This document shows positions 11,793 to 24,091 of a DNA stretch of 64,000 nucleotides, piece after piece. A program made the position numbers and the translations under genes. The notes below the pieces were generated by a model. It was given only the letters and a program-made list of their open reading frames with translations, did no database searches and was not told the DNA's origin. The DNA is from Octopus vulgaris (lineage: Eukaryota), in assembly GCA_951406725.2 (NCBI GenBank), contig OX597835.1, positions 38,688,001-38,752,000 on the forward strand. Reading direction: 5' to 3'. Within the stretch, counting starts at the first letter, position 1. Each line of letters begins with the position of its first letter.

Positions 11793-11831
11793 AACCTGAT
11801 GAGTACTTAAATGCAAGAAAGTATACTAGTT
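11793..11831 (+). ncRNA. Degenerate type I hammerhead motif
   Basis: AAC-CUGAUGA-GUACUUAAAUGCAA-GAAA-GUAUAC-UA-GUU: intact core, palindromic stem III, damaged stem II. Confidence 0.5.
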
Positions 11832-12199
11832 TAAGGAGAATAGACTTTTAATATTTAATTTTCAATATTTCGTTTGTTCTATAAGACAGTCAATACTTCA
11901 TTTCATTTCTTTCTTACTACATATTCTATATTCTATATCCTATATCAATATCATAAGAATATAAATAAAACATAAAAAACAGACAGAGTTGGAATTCCTT
12001 TGAGTAATATAGTTGTGGATTTAACTTGGTGTATATGTGTGTGTATGTATGGATATATGTGTGTATGCGTGTATGTAATATATATAAATGTATATATATT
12101 TATATATATATATATGTGTGTGTATGTGTGTGCATAATATATAAATATATATATCTACAGATGTATAAATATCTATATATAGGAATATATATGTATATC

Positions 12200-12392
12200 A
12201 AAATACGGCGTATATTTAAACACATAAGATATGGCCATAACAGGACATCTGACTCGCTAGAAGGAGTAGTTAAACATCAAACTACTATTAGAGGTAACCC
12301 CTACTAGTGGTTTGGAGTATAACTACTCCTTCTGGCGGGTCAGATGTCCCGGTATGGCCATCTCTTATATATTTAAATGCACACTGTATTTT
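12200..12392. mobile_element. ~190-bp fold-back palindrome (MITE-like)
   Basis: Arms such as GGACATCTGACTCGCTAGAAGGAGTAGTTA / TAACTACTCCTTCTGGCGGGTCAGATGTCC, centred near 12296. Confidence 0.85.
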
Positions 12393-12513
12393 TATATGAA
12401 TAATGTATAGTCTATTGACTAGTTTTTTTCTTCTCGCTAGACCACTTGTAACAAAGACATTTTCTAAATTTTTTTGCTACCCTGGAATTTATTAATAATG
12501 TATATGTATGTAT

Positions 12514-12619
<106 letters not shown>

Positions 12620-12792
12620 ATATATATATATATGTACGTGTGTGTATATATATATATGTGTGTGTGAGCATGTATATATATATGTATATATGGATGTGTG
12701 TATGTGTGCGAGTGTGTATGTATGTACGGACATTTGGAATTATGTTCAAGTGTTACCGCCCATGTATGTGTCTGATTATTAGTATTGATATA

Positions 12793-13477
12793 CGACGGAA
12801 ATTCCAGAAGTTTTTTTTTAGTTTTTTAGGAGTGGCACTTATAGCTGTCCCAGATTGCTGTAATTTTAGTATATCACTGCCATACATCTAATAAGCTGAC
12901 CTGGCAATGTTTGAAATATATGACTGAAACAGCACTTTGGTATGAATGATACGACTGTTGCAGCACTTTGAGCCCACCCTACTAAAAGCTGCTTCTCATA
13001 ATCCCATCCTGGTAACCAACTACTTAACAGATAAGCATCAGAACGATCCCTCACCCACTTTACAGCGTGGACCTTGCACTCTGAGACTTTTGTTTGTTCC
13101 CCAAGCTGAAGGAGAAATTAAAAGATAGTCATATTGAAGACATCGAGCAGATCATCATCATTGTTCGAACGTGGTGGAGACAATGGAATTTACAAGGTTA
13201 CGCCAGATTTCACGATCTATCATAGAATTACGGAGGACCTGTTGCGGGATGCCTGTATCCCTGGGGATTACATCAGGCTAGGACATGGCGCTTGTGAAAG
13301 GGGTACGGGATACCTTCTCTTTGGCGGTCTTCCTTGAAGCCTTCAAGAAGTGGCTGCAGCGTTACAGCAAGTGTATTGAAGTCAGAGAATCCTACTTTGA
13401 AGGAGTTTAAAGTTTTGTGGTTCTGACGGATTTATGTCTCACCTGAAAAAGTCTCAAAACTTCTGGAATGCTCTTCG
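12793..13477 (+). mobile_element. Internally deleted mariner transposon
   Basis: TA flanks at 12791-92 and 13478-79; TIRs CGAcggaaATTCCAGAAGTTT / CGAagagcATTCCAGAAGTTT. Decayed transposase C-terminus HPLYSVDLAL*DFCLFPKLKEKLK (YSPDLAP motif) and FKKWLQRYSKCIEVRESYFEG*. Confidence 0.9.
13151..13325 (-). mobile_element. RTE-like LINE 3' end nested in the mariner
   Basis: Minus-strand PDVIPRDTGIPQQVLRNSMIDREIWRNLVNSIVSTTFEQ* followed by a (GAT)n tail; resembles RTE C-terminal DRxxWR ends. Confidence 0.65.
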
Positions 13478-13729
13478 TATATGTTAGCGTATGGGAGGAC
13501 GGAAATATACGTGGGAGTTTTAATACTGAACACATTATCAGCACACACCACATACACACACATACATACACACAAATCCACACATACACACACTATCCTG
13601 TTTCTTGATTTTTTTAAAGAAAAATAATCTTTGGAACAAATTGGATATCTAACCAATTCCAGGTGAAAATAAAATTGCCAATTCTATTTGACCAAAACAA
13701 TATTTAGCATATGTTTACTGCCAGATAAT

Positions 13730-13941
13730 GCACACACACACACGCACACACACACACACACACACAAACACGCACACACACAAACACACACACACTCACA
13801 CACACACACACGTACACACACACGACACAATTATGTACATACATACATAATACACACGCGCACATACATACACACACACACGCGCACACACACACACACA
13901 CACGCACGCACACACACGCGCACACACACAAGCACACACAC

Positions 13942-13996
<55 letters not shown>

Positions 13997-14009
13997 CACA
14001 CATGCACAT

Positions 14010-14095
<86 letters not shown>

Positions 14096-14135
14096 CACAA
14101 TTATGTACATACATACATAATACACACGCGCACAC
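13730..14135. repeat. (CA)n tract with a duplicated internal block
   Basis: CACGACACAATTATGTACATACATACATAATACACACGCGCACA occurs at about 13821 and 14091. Confidence 0.95.
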
Positions 14136-14447
14136 ACATATATATCCACACATACGTGTGTATGTCTGCGTGTGTATACATATACATCTTTTATTTTATT
14201 AATTTATTTCTTTATTATTTTCTTTCGTAATACTGCGAAAAATGCAAAGCTAAAAACAAATGAAGAAAAGCGATGCTGACAACATCAATGGAGCTAAATA
14301 TTCCATTATCCTGTTATTCTATTATCGATTTCAGTCAAAGGCTGCGGCCATACTGGGGCATTGCCATGATATGTGTTATTTTATACTAAACTTTACTGTT
14401 TTTCTTATCAATTATACAGCTAGGGTATTGACAATATACGCAGATAG

Positions 14448-14489
<42 letters not shown>

Positions 14490-14558
14490 GTAGGTAGGTA
14501 GATAGATAGAAAGATAGAGAGATATATAGATAGATAGATAGGTAGATAGATAGATCGG

Positions 14559-14638
<80 letters not shown>

Positions 14639-14645
14639 TAGATAA

Positions 14646-14695
<50 letters not shown>

Positions 14696-14696
14696 T

Positions 14697-14812
<116 letters not shown>

Positions 14813-15411
14813 TTCTTTTACAAGAATAGCATTGAAAGTGACTTCGCAGTTTCGGCCAAAATGATTGCTTTGCTGGCCGTAACTTCGAAGTCACTGTCTT
14901 TCTCATTCTTGCTAAAGAATACTAAGTTTGTACTCTACCAAACGTTTTGAGTAATCCTTCAGTTTAAACTAAGATTGTATTACTTATAACATAAAAAAAA
15001 AACAGACATTCATGTCACTTATGAGGTTTCCCATGATTGCAACTGATAAAATGGAATCCAGTTCAACCTGTTGCATGTTCGGGTTGTTGGCGACTAAACC
15101 CCGGTATCCCTCACTAGGTTTGCCTGGTAAGGAGGGTTCATAGAAACCCAGTATGACTGAAAATAAGACCTGGACTTAGTGTAGGTTCAACGACTATCTA
15201 GCAATAGCATTAGCCCTCAGAAATTCCGGTTTGGTGTCTGAAAGACCATGGGAGTGAGATACACCTTAGCTTCTGTTAAAGCACGTCTCTAGGAGAAGGT
15301 CAGAAAACCAGAAAGGCATAGAGTATATTATGAGGATCATTTGCTTGCGCTTAAGATCGTGGCGTTCCCACATTCCTAAGTCTGCCATCCATATTGGCAC
15401 TGGATATCTTG

Positions 15412-15716
15412 TTGTTGGTTCCTTCTCGAGCCATGCCTGGCTCATAAGGGCCGGTTTCCCGGTTTCTTAGCGTATAGGTTCCCCATATGGACGGGACGCC
15501 GGTCCGTCGCAGATGAGCTGCAAGATGCAGGAGGAAAGAATGAGAGAAGTTTGTGGCGAAAGAGTCAGCAGAAGGTCGCCATTACCTCCTGCCGGAGCCG
15601 CGTGGACCTTAGGTGTTTTCGCTCATAAAAACACACATCGCCCGGTCTGAGATTCGAACCCGCGATCCCTCGACCGCGAATCCACTGCTCTAACCACTAG
15701 GCCATGTGCCTCCACA
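15412..15716 (-). mobile_element. Full-length SINE family C with a 13-bp TSD
   Basis: ACTGGATATCTTG at 15399-15411 and 15717-15729; tRNA-like head and (CAA)n tail on the minus strand. Confidence 0.95.
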
Positions 15717-16069
15717 ACTGGATATCTTGCCCAGGATTGTGTCTGGATTATGTCAATAGGGTGGAGAAGGTCTGTAAGGTACTGTGCAAGACTTATTGGA
15801 CCTAAATTTTTAGGCCACGCAAACAGCGGCGAGGCAGCTATGCTGTACTCGGTTAAGTAGGCAGCTATGTACCGGCGAGGCAGCTATGCTGTACCCGGTT
15901 AAGTAGGAGGAAGCCACAGCGAGAATATACAAATATACATAAATACATGTATCTATGTATATCTATATATGTATGCCTATATATATGTATATGTCTATGT
16001 AAATGTGCGTGTGTTTATTTATTTTTATATTTATATTTACTTATAATTTAACCTTATGTACTTTCTAAA

Positions 16070-16193
16070 ATCTCTGACGAAGCCTAGAGAAACAGCCAAG
16101 TACATCAATTTCATCTACTTATTACTCAAGTCTACTGGAGGGATAATGGTAAAATGAGGTATTTTTGCCTCTTAGCTGAAACAGCTGTAAGAT
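16070..16193 (+). ncRNA. Type I hammerhead motif with a ~100-nt stem II
   Basis: AUCU-CUGACGA-AGC...GCU-GAAA-CAGCUG-UA-AGAU; palindromic stem III. Confidence 0.65.
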
Positions 16194-16391
16194 ATTATCC
16201 CAATTTATATCCCTGTATGTTACATTTTAATAATTACTGGTATCTTTATATATTTTATATGTAAAGCATAATATGTTATACATGTATGTATATTGTTGTA
16301 ATTGACATTTTAGTAAATAAATAAATAAGTTGACATAATATAATGTCTAAAAGTTGACGAACCACCTATTGATCCCCTCCATTTTCTTATT

Positions 16392-16427
<36 letters not shown>

Positions 16428-16609
16428 ATATATATGTTTTTATTATTTTTTTGCAATTTACTTAATATTCGGTATATTATTATTTTAATTTTAATATTTC
16501 TATTATATGTAATTTTCTAGATGGTGTAATTTAATTGTTTATTTTGAATTAATAAAAGGTGTTTTTTCTAATTTATATATATATATATATATATCAATAT
16601 ATATATACT

Positions 16610-16776
16610 TCGGACTTCTTTTAGTTTCCGTCTACCAAATCCACTCACAAGGCTTTGGTTGGCTCGAGGCCAACCACTTGCCCAAGACACTTGACCAAGG
16701 TGTCACGTACTAGATCTCAACCCGGAACCGTGTGGTTGGGAAGCAAGCTTCTTACCACACAGCCACTCTTGCGCCA
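16610..16776 (-). mobile_element. SINE family B, 5' half
   Basis: TTTCCGTCTACCAAATCCACTCACAAGGCTTTGG...CTTACCACACAGCCACTC. Confidence 0.85.
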
Positions 16777-16837
16777 TAAATATACATCTATAACATACAT
16801 TAATTACACAAGGCGATTTCGTGTACGTGTATATGTT

Positions 16838-16879
<42 letters not shown>

Positions 16880-16895
<16 letters not shown>

Positions 16896-17392
16896 TGTAG
16901 TTGTGTGAGTGTCTGTCCCCTTCGATTTAGATCCCTAACTACTCCCACATTTTGCGGTGCAGTTTAACCAAAACCGGGTATCTTATAGTCGTGATTCATA
17001 TCGAGCCCGTCTGGGTATTAGCCCGCGTCTAGAATGAGTCTACGATTTTAAAAATAATTTAACATCATTTTTTATTCCATTTTAATGCATATTTTTTCGT
17101 GTGTCGATGGCGGCGGAGTTGGCGTCCATGCTCACACATGCACCTGTTTGCTTCTCCCCCTTCTTCCCTCCCTCGTGAAGCTGTGGGGAAGGTAGTGTAA
17201 TGAAATCAACGTCGTAAAGCGTTGTCAAGGAGACCAGCGTTCTTTTAGAACAACGACTTCATGGCTTGAAGACACCAAAACAGAAATGGCTAAGAAAGCC
17301 CGAATTGGCATCTATAAGGGAAGTAACTCTCTAAAAATGCTTATATAGTTATTTCCCTTACAAACCCGAGCAACGCCGGGCGATACTGCTAG
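16880..17392 (+). mobile_element. Non-autonomous Helitron
   Basis: 3' end CCCGAGCAACGCCGGG hairpin plus CTAG (17389-17392) followed by T; 5' TATATAAAACTG...TGTCTGT start buried in (TA)n. Confidence 0.75.
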
Positions 17393-17404
17393 TGATTTAT
17401 AATA

Positions 17405-17482
<78 letters not shown>

Positions 17483-17523
17483 TATATATATATGTATATA
17501 TATGTATATATGTATACATGTAC

Positions 17524-17577
<54 letters not shown>

Positions 17578-17578
<1 letters not shown>

Positions 17579-18000
17579 GGCACAGGAGTGGCTGTGCAGT
17601 AAGTAGCTTCCTTACCAACCACATGGTTCCGGGTTCAGTCCCACTGCGTGGCACCTTGGGCAAGTGTCTTCTACTATAGCCTCGGGCCGACCAAAGCCTT
17701 GTGAGTGGATTTGGTAGACGGAAACTGAAAGAAGCCGGTCGTATATATATGTATATATATATTATATATATATGTGTGTGTTTGTGTGTCTGTGTTTGTC
17801 TCCCCAACATTGCTTGACAACCGATGCTGGTGTGTTTGCGACCCCGTAACCTAGCGGTTCGGCAAAAGAGACCGATAGAAAAAGTACTAGGCTTACAAAG
17901 AATAAGTCCTGGGGTCGATTTGCTGAACTGAAGGCGGTGCTCCAGCATGGCCGCAGTGAAATGACTGAAACAAGTAAAAGAGTAAAAAGAGAGTAAAGAG
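17578..18000 (+). mobile_element. SINE family B, full length (CORE-like CCTTGGGCAAGT segment)
   Basis: GGAGTGGCTGTG head, GGTTCAGTCCC B-box-like, CACCTTGGGCAAGTGTCTT, internal (TA)/(TG) tract, AGTAAAAG-type tail. Confidence 0.9.
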
Positions 18001-18103
18001 TATATATTTGTGTGTATAAGCGTGCATGTATATATACTCGCACATTCATACAACACAGACTGGGTGCATATTTATGCACGCACCCGTGGGGTAAATAAGA
18101 ATG

Positions 18104-18317
18104 AAGGCGGCGAGCTGGCAGAAACGTTAGCACGCCGGGCGAAATGCTTAGCGGTATTTCGTCTGCGTTACGTTGTGAGTTCAAATTCCGCCGAGGTCGA
18201 CTTTGCCTTTCATCCTTTCGGGGTCGATAAATTAAGTACCAGTTACGCACTGGGGTCGATGTAATCGACTTAATACCTATGTCTGTCCTTGTTTGTCCCC
18301 TCTGTGTTTAGCACCTT
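18104..18317 (+). mobile_element. SINE family A monomer
   Basis: AAGGCGGCGAGCTGGCAGAAACGTTAGCACGCCGGGCG head and Nin-type core. Confidence 0.92.
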
Positions 18318-18409
18318 CAGCGTTTTTGCATTCGTTTGTTCGTTCGAATGTTGTGTTTCGTACTTTAAAAGGAAAAATCTCAAAGGAACAAGCAAAACGA
18401 GATTTTCGC

Positions 18410-18697
18410 CCAATGGGCCTTGGAGTGCTACATGAAAACTCTGACGTCGGTAGAACGATAGAGAAGCTGTAACTATGTCTGCATATATAAATGCGTGTGT
18501 GTGTGTGTGTGTGTGTGGCGGAATGTAAAAATAAACGTTTTTCTACTTTCAGTCAGCACTTTAGCTAAATTGCTTCAACTCTACTTAGCTATTCGCCGCT
18601 AAATCCCGCATCTGCGCACGTTCACACGTTTGTATCGGATTTTGGCGATTTCTTTTGCGGGATTTTTCACAAGGGTGTTACTGAGGCTGTTGTAAGT
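18410..18697 (+). promoter_or_regulatory. Candidate Pol II promoter / non-coding exon
   Basis: CCAAT 18410, TGACGTC 18442, TATATAAA 18484, TTTCTACTTTCAG acceptor or TCAGTC Inr at 18549-54, CpG-rich ATG-free segment, GTAAGT donor at 18692. Confidence 0.35.
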
Positions 18698-18964
18698 CTC
18701 TCAAAATGGTAAAGGAGGGTTTGGGGAGTGGTGGTGGTGGTCCAGTGGGGGGGGGGGGCGTGGTGAGTTTTCGTGTTGGTTTTGAGGTGATAAAATGTAG
18801 AATGGAATTTACAGAGATTTTTCCGTTCTTTTTATTTATGAGTGTGTCAGTATGTGTGTGTGTGTGTGCATATATTTACATGTATGTGGGTTATACCAGT
18901 GTATTCACACACACACACATATATACAGACACACATAGGTTTATGTAAATATACATATATACAC

Positions 18965-18999
<35 letters not shown>

Positions 19000-19225
19000 G
19001 TGTGTATATATGTATGTATGTATAATATTTGCGTGTTCGATATATTATGTATTTATTATGTATTTACAATTATATATATGTATATAAATATACATACTAA
19101 CAAGTACACGTGCGCGTATGTGCATATCTACATATATTCACACATTTATATGTGTGTATTTTCATACATATATATCTATACATATATGTGTGTATATACA
19201 TATATATATATGTATACATACATAC

Positions 19226-19261
<36 letters not shown>

Positions 19262-19308
19262 TTATATATATGTATATATATACATATATATGTATATATA
19301 TACATATA

Positions 19309-19359
<51 letters not shown>

Positions 19360-19391
19360 ACGTATATATATATATATACATATATATATGC

Positions 19392-19422
<31 letters not shown>

Positions 19423-19996
19423 TATATATAATTCAGATTTGTCCACACGCATACATATTTGATTGTATGTAAGTGTTTGCGTGTGTATATGCATGTATGT
19501 GTGTGTTTGTGTGTGTCCGTGTGTGTCCGTGTGTGTCCGTGTGTTTCCCCCCCCCCTCCACACACACACGTGCTGCCGTAATGTAATTTCTGTTGTTGAT
19601 ATTTATTCTCCTTAGTGTGTTACACTTTAGTGATTTGCGATGGAAACACTTCAAATGTTTGCGCTTCTGATTATAATTTAATGTTTTTCCTAGCATTCAT
19701 TCGATGTCCTTGCCGGCTGAAATAAAAACGAGAGCCTACACCATCGCCACCTCCATCGACCTCGACCACCACCACTGCCACCACCACCACCACCACCATC
19801 ACCATCGTCTTCATCATCATCATCATTATCTTTATTCTTTTGTTATTACTCAGTGGTCGATGAAACAAGTACCAGTCAAGTACCATTTCCCATTCTATAG
19901 TCCACCTGTACAACGTCACATCCACTCCAAAATGATGCTGAGGTGTGTGTTAGCGCTCAAAAGTGCTTGTTGCAGATGTTGTTGTTGTGATGTCGC

Positions 19997-20052
<56 letters not shown>

Positions 20053-20053
<1 letters not shown>

Positions 20054-20430
20054 AGCGGCGCGGCTGGCAGAAACGTTAGCACGCCGGACGAAATGCGTAG
20101 CCGTATTTCATCTGACGTTACGTTCTGGGTTCAAATTCCGCCGAGGTCGACTTTGCCTTTCATCCTTTCGGGGTCGATTAATTAAGTACCAGTTACACAC
20201 TGGGGTCGATATAATCAACTTAATCCGTCTGTCTGTCCTTGTTTGTCTCCTCTGTGTTTAGCCCCTTGTGGGTAGTAAACAAATAGGTATTTCGTCTGCC
20301 GCTACGTTCTGAGTTCAAATTCCGTTGTGGTTGACTTTGCCTTTCATCCTTTCGGGGTCGATTAAATAAGTACCAGTTACGCACTAAGGTCGATATAATC
20401 GACTTAATCCCTTTGTCTGTCCTTGTTTGT
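20053..20430 (+). mobile_element. SINE family A dimer next to (ATT)n
   Basis: Head at 20053; second unit restarts at AAATAG|GTATTTCGTCTGCC near 20287. Confidence 0.9.
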
Positions 20431-20476
<46 letters not shown>

Positions 20477-20659
20477 TAGATTGACATACATACACACACA
20501 TTTATATGTACAGGCATCAGCACACACATACATACACAAACGCATTCATATAGATATACACTTATACACGTGTTCGCACATACTGACACACACACACACA
20601 TACACACACATACACACACACACACACAGATATATATACATTTGTATCTTCATATCTTC

Positions 20660-20695
<36 letters not shown>

Positions 20696-21093
20696 CAACC
20701 ATACATACATACAACCATACATACAAAACTCACGTACACACTAATGAAAGATCAAAAGATACCGGCACTGACCAATAATTTCTACAATACCATTAACTCA
20801 TTATCATCACTCGCCCCTCCATTTAACACCGCGGCACCACTCCTGTACCTGCCACCGCCACCACCATATTCTATGACAGTGACGAATAAAAGAGTAAAAG
20901 AATACATGACTAAAATTCCCATCGATCCACGTTGACCAAACACTTACACCCTGAAAATGAAATTTCCTGAGTGTAGGTCTGGGTAAGTCTATGGAAGCCC
21001 TGCAGTTATCTGTGCAGTAAATCTCTGATCTTCACACCGATTTTTTTTTTCAGAGTTAAAAGTAGAAAAGAAGAGGTCGATACAACATGGTGC

Positions 21094-21532
21094 GGATCTT
21101 TTCGGTTTGAACGGCAGCTTTTTAAAATAATTTCCACGTAACTAAACACTTTTAAACTTCGTATACTGGTAGAATGTGTTTATAAAACATCTTTTTCTCT
21201 TGGCTTTATTGAGAAAATTCTGTGGTTTGTAAGATATTTGTTGTTTTTTTCTTCAATTTCTGCAATTTCAACCAATCAATGACGTCTATTGAGGTAAAAA
21301 ATCATTCTGTGCCGTATGAATATGCCCCTCGTTTAAGAAACAGATTGGCTTTATTTACATTTCTGAAGAAAAAAAGTTACCCTTCCCCCACCCCTAACCC
21401 TAACCCTAACCCTAACTAACTCTAACCCTAAAACAGATTGAAATGCAATAGATCGATACTAGGGTCATAATTATGGGTGACAATTTCGTATGACACCGCT
21501 AGAAAAAACTGCCGTTCAAACCGAAAAGATCC
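21094..21532. mobile_element. MITE with GG termini, 8-bp TSD and internal (CCCTAA)n; Merlin-like
   Basis: TIR GGATCTTTTCGGTTTGAACGGCAG / CTGCCGTTCAAACCGAAAAGATCC; TSD CATGGTGC at 21086-93 and 21533-40. The superfamily call is inference from termini and TSD length. Confidence 0.9.
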
Positions 21533-22033
21533 CATGGTGCTCGTGTCACTGCAGATAAACGCAGGGCGTAAACAGCAGGACCTAACTCCATCATATTCTA
21601 ACAATTCTGCGTAACCCTAGAATGCTGGGCTCGTACTTGAGTTTAAATCTACACCGAAAGAGGAGGATGACACAAAGTTGACCTCAGCAGGTTTTTTTTA
21701 ATTTCAGAACGTGAAAATAAAACAAAATAAAATAAATTAAAATTGGAACCAATAAAGACGGATATTTTCTGCAATTCCTCGAATCCACCACGCTTGACCT
21801 ATGCTGTGTTTATCGGAATGAGGCAATTAGTTGCGACTTTTAGGGCGCTGGCAATTTGACGCGGTTGACTGGATATCTGTTTTTCCATTCCGAATTCAGA
21901 TCCTACTGAAGTCGACTTTATATTTCGGGATCGATGAAATAATTACCATTTGAGTACTGGCGTCGATATTTTATTCCTGCCCCTACATCCTAATATGTCT
22001 AGCCTTGAGCTAAACTTTGAAACTACTAATTAA

Positions 22034-22617
22034 AAGCCAGGAGCTGGCAGAAACGTTAGCACGCCGGGCGAAATGCGTAGCCGTATTTCGTCTGCCGTTG
22101 CGTTCTGAGCTCAAATTCCGCTGAGGTCGACTTTACCTTTCATCCTTTCGGGGTCGATAAATTAAGCACCAGTGACGCACTGGGGTCGATATAATCGACT
22201 TAATCTGTTTGTCTGTCCTTGTTTGCCCCCTGTGTTTAGCCACTTGTGAGTAGTAAAAATATAGGTATTTCGTCTGTTGTTACGTTCTGAGTTCAAATTC
22301 CGCCGAGGTCGACTTTGCCTTTCATCCTTTCGGGGTCGATAAAGTAAGTACCAGTTACGCACTGGGGTCGATGTAATCGACTTAATCCGTTTGTCTGTCC
22401 TTGTTTGTCCCCTCCGTGTTTAGCACCTTGTGGGCAGTAAAGAAATAGGTATTTCTTCCATCTCTTTTAATTTCAGTCCGAATATCGCCAAGGTCGAATT
22501 TAATCTCTAATCCTTGTGAGTTCAATAAAACAACCACGAGTTGAGCACTAGGGAAGATGCAATCGACTAGGATCTTCCCACAAAATTTCAGGCCTTGTGC
22601 CAAGGGTAGCAAGAATT
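22034..22617 (+). mobile_element. SINE family A trimer; last unit has the alternative tail
   Basis: Units restart at ATAG|GTATTTC near 22265 and 22449. Confidence 0.88.
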
Positions 22618-22913
22618 ATTGATTGACAGAGCTTACAGAGTGACTCAATCGCCGAGAGTTTCATTTCATTTGCTCTTATCAAACAACGTTATAAATATAG
22701 TCGGCCATCTTACAGAGAACAGAGATAATAGTTTTCTGGTTTTCAGTCCAGATCTGTTTGTTGCAAATGAAATTAGAATTTTTCACTCTATTAACCTCAA
22801 GTTTCGAGATGAATAACATAAAATCGTATTTTTTTTAATATATAATATATAATACATTATATATATGTCTGTGTTTGTGCGTGCATATATATATATATTT
22901 AACTATATATATG

Positions 22914-22982
<69 letters not shown>

Positions 22983-22988
22983 CATATA

Positions 22989-23034
<46 letters not shown>

Positions 23035-23084
23035 TATATACATATATATATGTTTGTGTGTGTGTGCACATATATACATATGTA

Positions 23085-23202
<118 letters not shown>

Positions 23203-23384
23203 TTACATCTAGTCTTACATATCGATCGGAGATCAAGCCGATCGATAGACAGTGTAGATGTAAATATTCAGAGCCATTTATTTATCTCTAAAGATGAGAG
23301 TTTTAATAGTTCGAAACAGTTTAATCTTGTTAGCAATAACTTATCTCCAGCAATTCGACATTTCACTCTTGTTTGCTCTTCATT

Positions 23385-23692
23385 TTGTTGTTGTTGCTGT
23401 TGTTGTAGACGTTGGTGTTGTTGCTGTTGTTGTTATTGTTGATGGTGGTGGTGGTGGTGACGTTGCCGTTGTCGAATCTACTCTTTGTTATTGTTATTGT
23501 TGATTTACCGTTTTTGTGGCGGTCGGGGAGGGATGGTGTTTGTTATTGTTGCTGTTGTTGTTGGTGCTGTTGCTGCTGATGCTGTTCTTATTTCTGATGT
23601 TGTTGTTAGTGTTGTGGCTGTTGTTGCTGCCGCCGGCGCTGTTGTCGTTGTCAGGATGTTATAGCTGTTGTTGTTGTTGTTGTGGTTGTTGT

Positions 23693-23728
<36 letters not shown>

Positions 23729-23778
23729 CACCACCACCACCATCACTACTACTACTACCACCACCACCACCACCACCA

Positions 23779-23832
<54 letters not shown>

Positions 23833-23870
23833 AAACCACCACCACCACCACCACCACTACTACTACTACT
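23385..23870. repeat. (GTT)n then (CTA)n/(CCA)n trinucleotide tracts
   Basis: Direct reading. Confidence 0.95.
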
Positions 23871-24091
23871 GTTTTCATTATAGATGTACTGTTATCTGGT
23901 TACGTTCTGAACTCAAGTCCTGCCAGCTTTTTTGACTTCACGTTTCAATCCTTTCATAAATGAGGCGATAAAAATTATTCAGTAAACACAAGTATAGATG
24001 TATAAAGGGTGAACAATTCTACATGCTACGCTGGATACATTGGTCGTTCGTCTGGATACATTGTTCATTCGTTATAAATCTTGAATTATGC

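Noticed and set aside
15075-15300. HDV-like ribozyme in an RTE-like 5' UTR
   Set aside because: A hairpin CCCTCACTAGG...CCTGGTAAGGAGGG is visible but I could not build the nested double pseudoknot.
21391-21431. True telomere or fusion scar
   Set aside because: The short array lies inside a TIR/TSD-bounded MITE.
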